Shown: one piece after another, positions 63,036-64,000 of the stretch | How the letters are laid out: each line of letters starts with the position of its first letter | Numbering within the stretch: the stretch's first letter is position 1 | Source: Camelus dromedarius | Lineage: Eukaryota | DNA: 64,000 bases | NCBI RefSeq assembly: GCF_036321535.1 | Contig: NC_087436.1 | Coordinates: 21,268,001 to 21,332,000 of the forward strand | Reading direction: 5' to 3' | Notes under the pieces: model-generated | What the model was told of the DNA's origin: nothing | What the model saw: the letters and a program-made list of their open reading frames with translations, nothing else | Databases searched by the model: none | Position numbers and translations under genes: made by a program

Positions 63036-64000
63036 CCAAGTCACATAACATTTTATTACTTTTGGTCAAAGGCCACTGTAAGATTTAAAGAGCAAACAAA
63101 CAGCGAGAGCCTACAGGTGAGTCAGGGAGTCAGAATGAGCTGCTGAACAAGATGTTACTGAGGATTTCTGAAATCATCTCCTAAAAGGAATGACAGGATG
63201 AATGATCCATGCTGTTTTAATAGTATCCAAAACATGATTTATTTTCTATCAGGCTGAGATGCAGAACACTGCTTGCCATCCCCTAAAAAGCATTCAGTTA
63301 CTTTCTCACATGCTCCAAGGTACCCTGTTGCTCAAGAATTCCAACTGGTCCCTCCAAAAAGCTTGAATTTTAATCTCCCTTCTTAATTATTCCCAAAGAA
63401 AGTGTGATGCCATTCCATTAAGCTGGCTCAGTCAGAAGCATCACCTTATATTAGCCTGATAGAAAAATCTTAAAAATATGTATCCTTGGGGAAAAGACCA
63501 GGTAGGAAACGAAAAAATGTAATTTTTGAAACTAGAAATACATACTCATACTTGAATCAGAATTGATATTTCTCCTACAATAATCTAACTTCATTCACCT
63601 TGGATAGTACATTTAATTTCCCCTAGTTGCTATAAATTGCATAGAAGTTCACATTAAACTTTCCTTTTGGCTTATTATCAACAACTTTTACCACTGTACT
63701 GTAAAAAGATGTATTTTCAGTAAGACCCAAATTACTGTAGAAATCACATGAAAAACAAAATTTTGGCACATGAAAAAAATTCTTACTATGAGAAAAATCA
63801 ACACAAGAAAACTTTTTTTAGCATGATGGCAAGGGTTTGGGAAAATGAAACTTACAGGAAAAAGAGTTTGTGTTGCCAGTTACTTTTTTTTTTTTTTTTT
63901 GCTATTTTTGCAATGTCCAAAAAGAATTCCTTGTCCTAAACCAATTTTATTTTCTGTTTTGTCTTCTAAAGTTCTATCTTCTCATTATAAACTCCAGTAA

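Larger units (their letters stand above)
8942..64000 (-). other. GAB1: GAB1 intron 1 (partial; exon 1 lies beyond the right edge)
   Basis: Upstream of the exon-2 acceptor. I saw no CpG island and no sequence encoding [24 protein letters not shown] in the window. Repeat-rich. Confidence 0.85.

Noticed and set aside
1..64000. CRISPR arrays, operons or other prokaryote-type systems
   Set aside because: The sequence is mammalian intronic DNA with no regularly spaced repeat-spacer array and no gene-dense region.

Overview
Mammalian genomic DNA, almost entirely intronic. It carries one protein-coding exon: the 295-nt PH-domain exon (coding exon 2) of GAB1 on the minus strand at 8647-8941, with canonical AG/GT sites. 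Positions 8942-64000 are part of the very long upstream intron (intron 1) and 1-8646 part of the downstream intron; exons 1 and 3 are not in the window. The introns are filled with repeats: ten tRNA-Ala(AGC)-derived SINEs of the camelid vic-1 type (suggesting a camel/alpaca/llama genome), many 5'-truncated L1 3' ends with target-site duplications, L2/MIR/CR1(L3)/HAL1 relics, ERVL/MaLR solo LTRs and hAT/Tigger MITEs. The other ORFs in the track look like chance ORFs or repeat-derived frames. I found no convincing novel gene system. The most testable leads concern RNA processing around the exon (circularisation helped by inverted repeats, a PH-less isoform from Met104, an in-frame poison 3' splice site), a close inverted SINE pair, a perfect microsatellite palindrome and a possible unannotated 3'UTR retrocopy. 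Repeat family names come from my recall of consensus sequences and boundaries are approximate.
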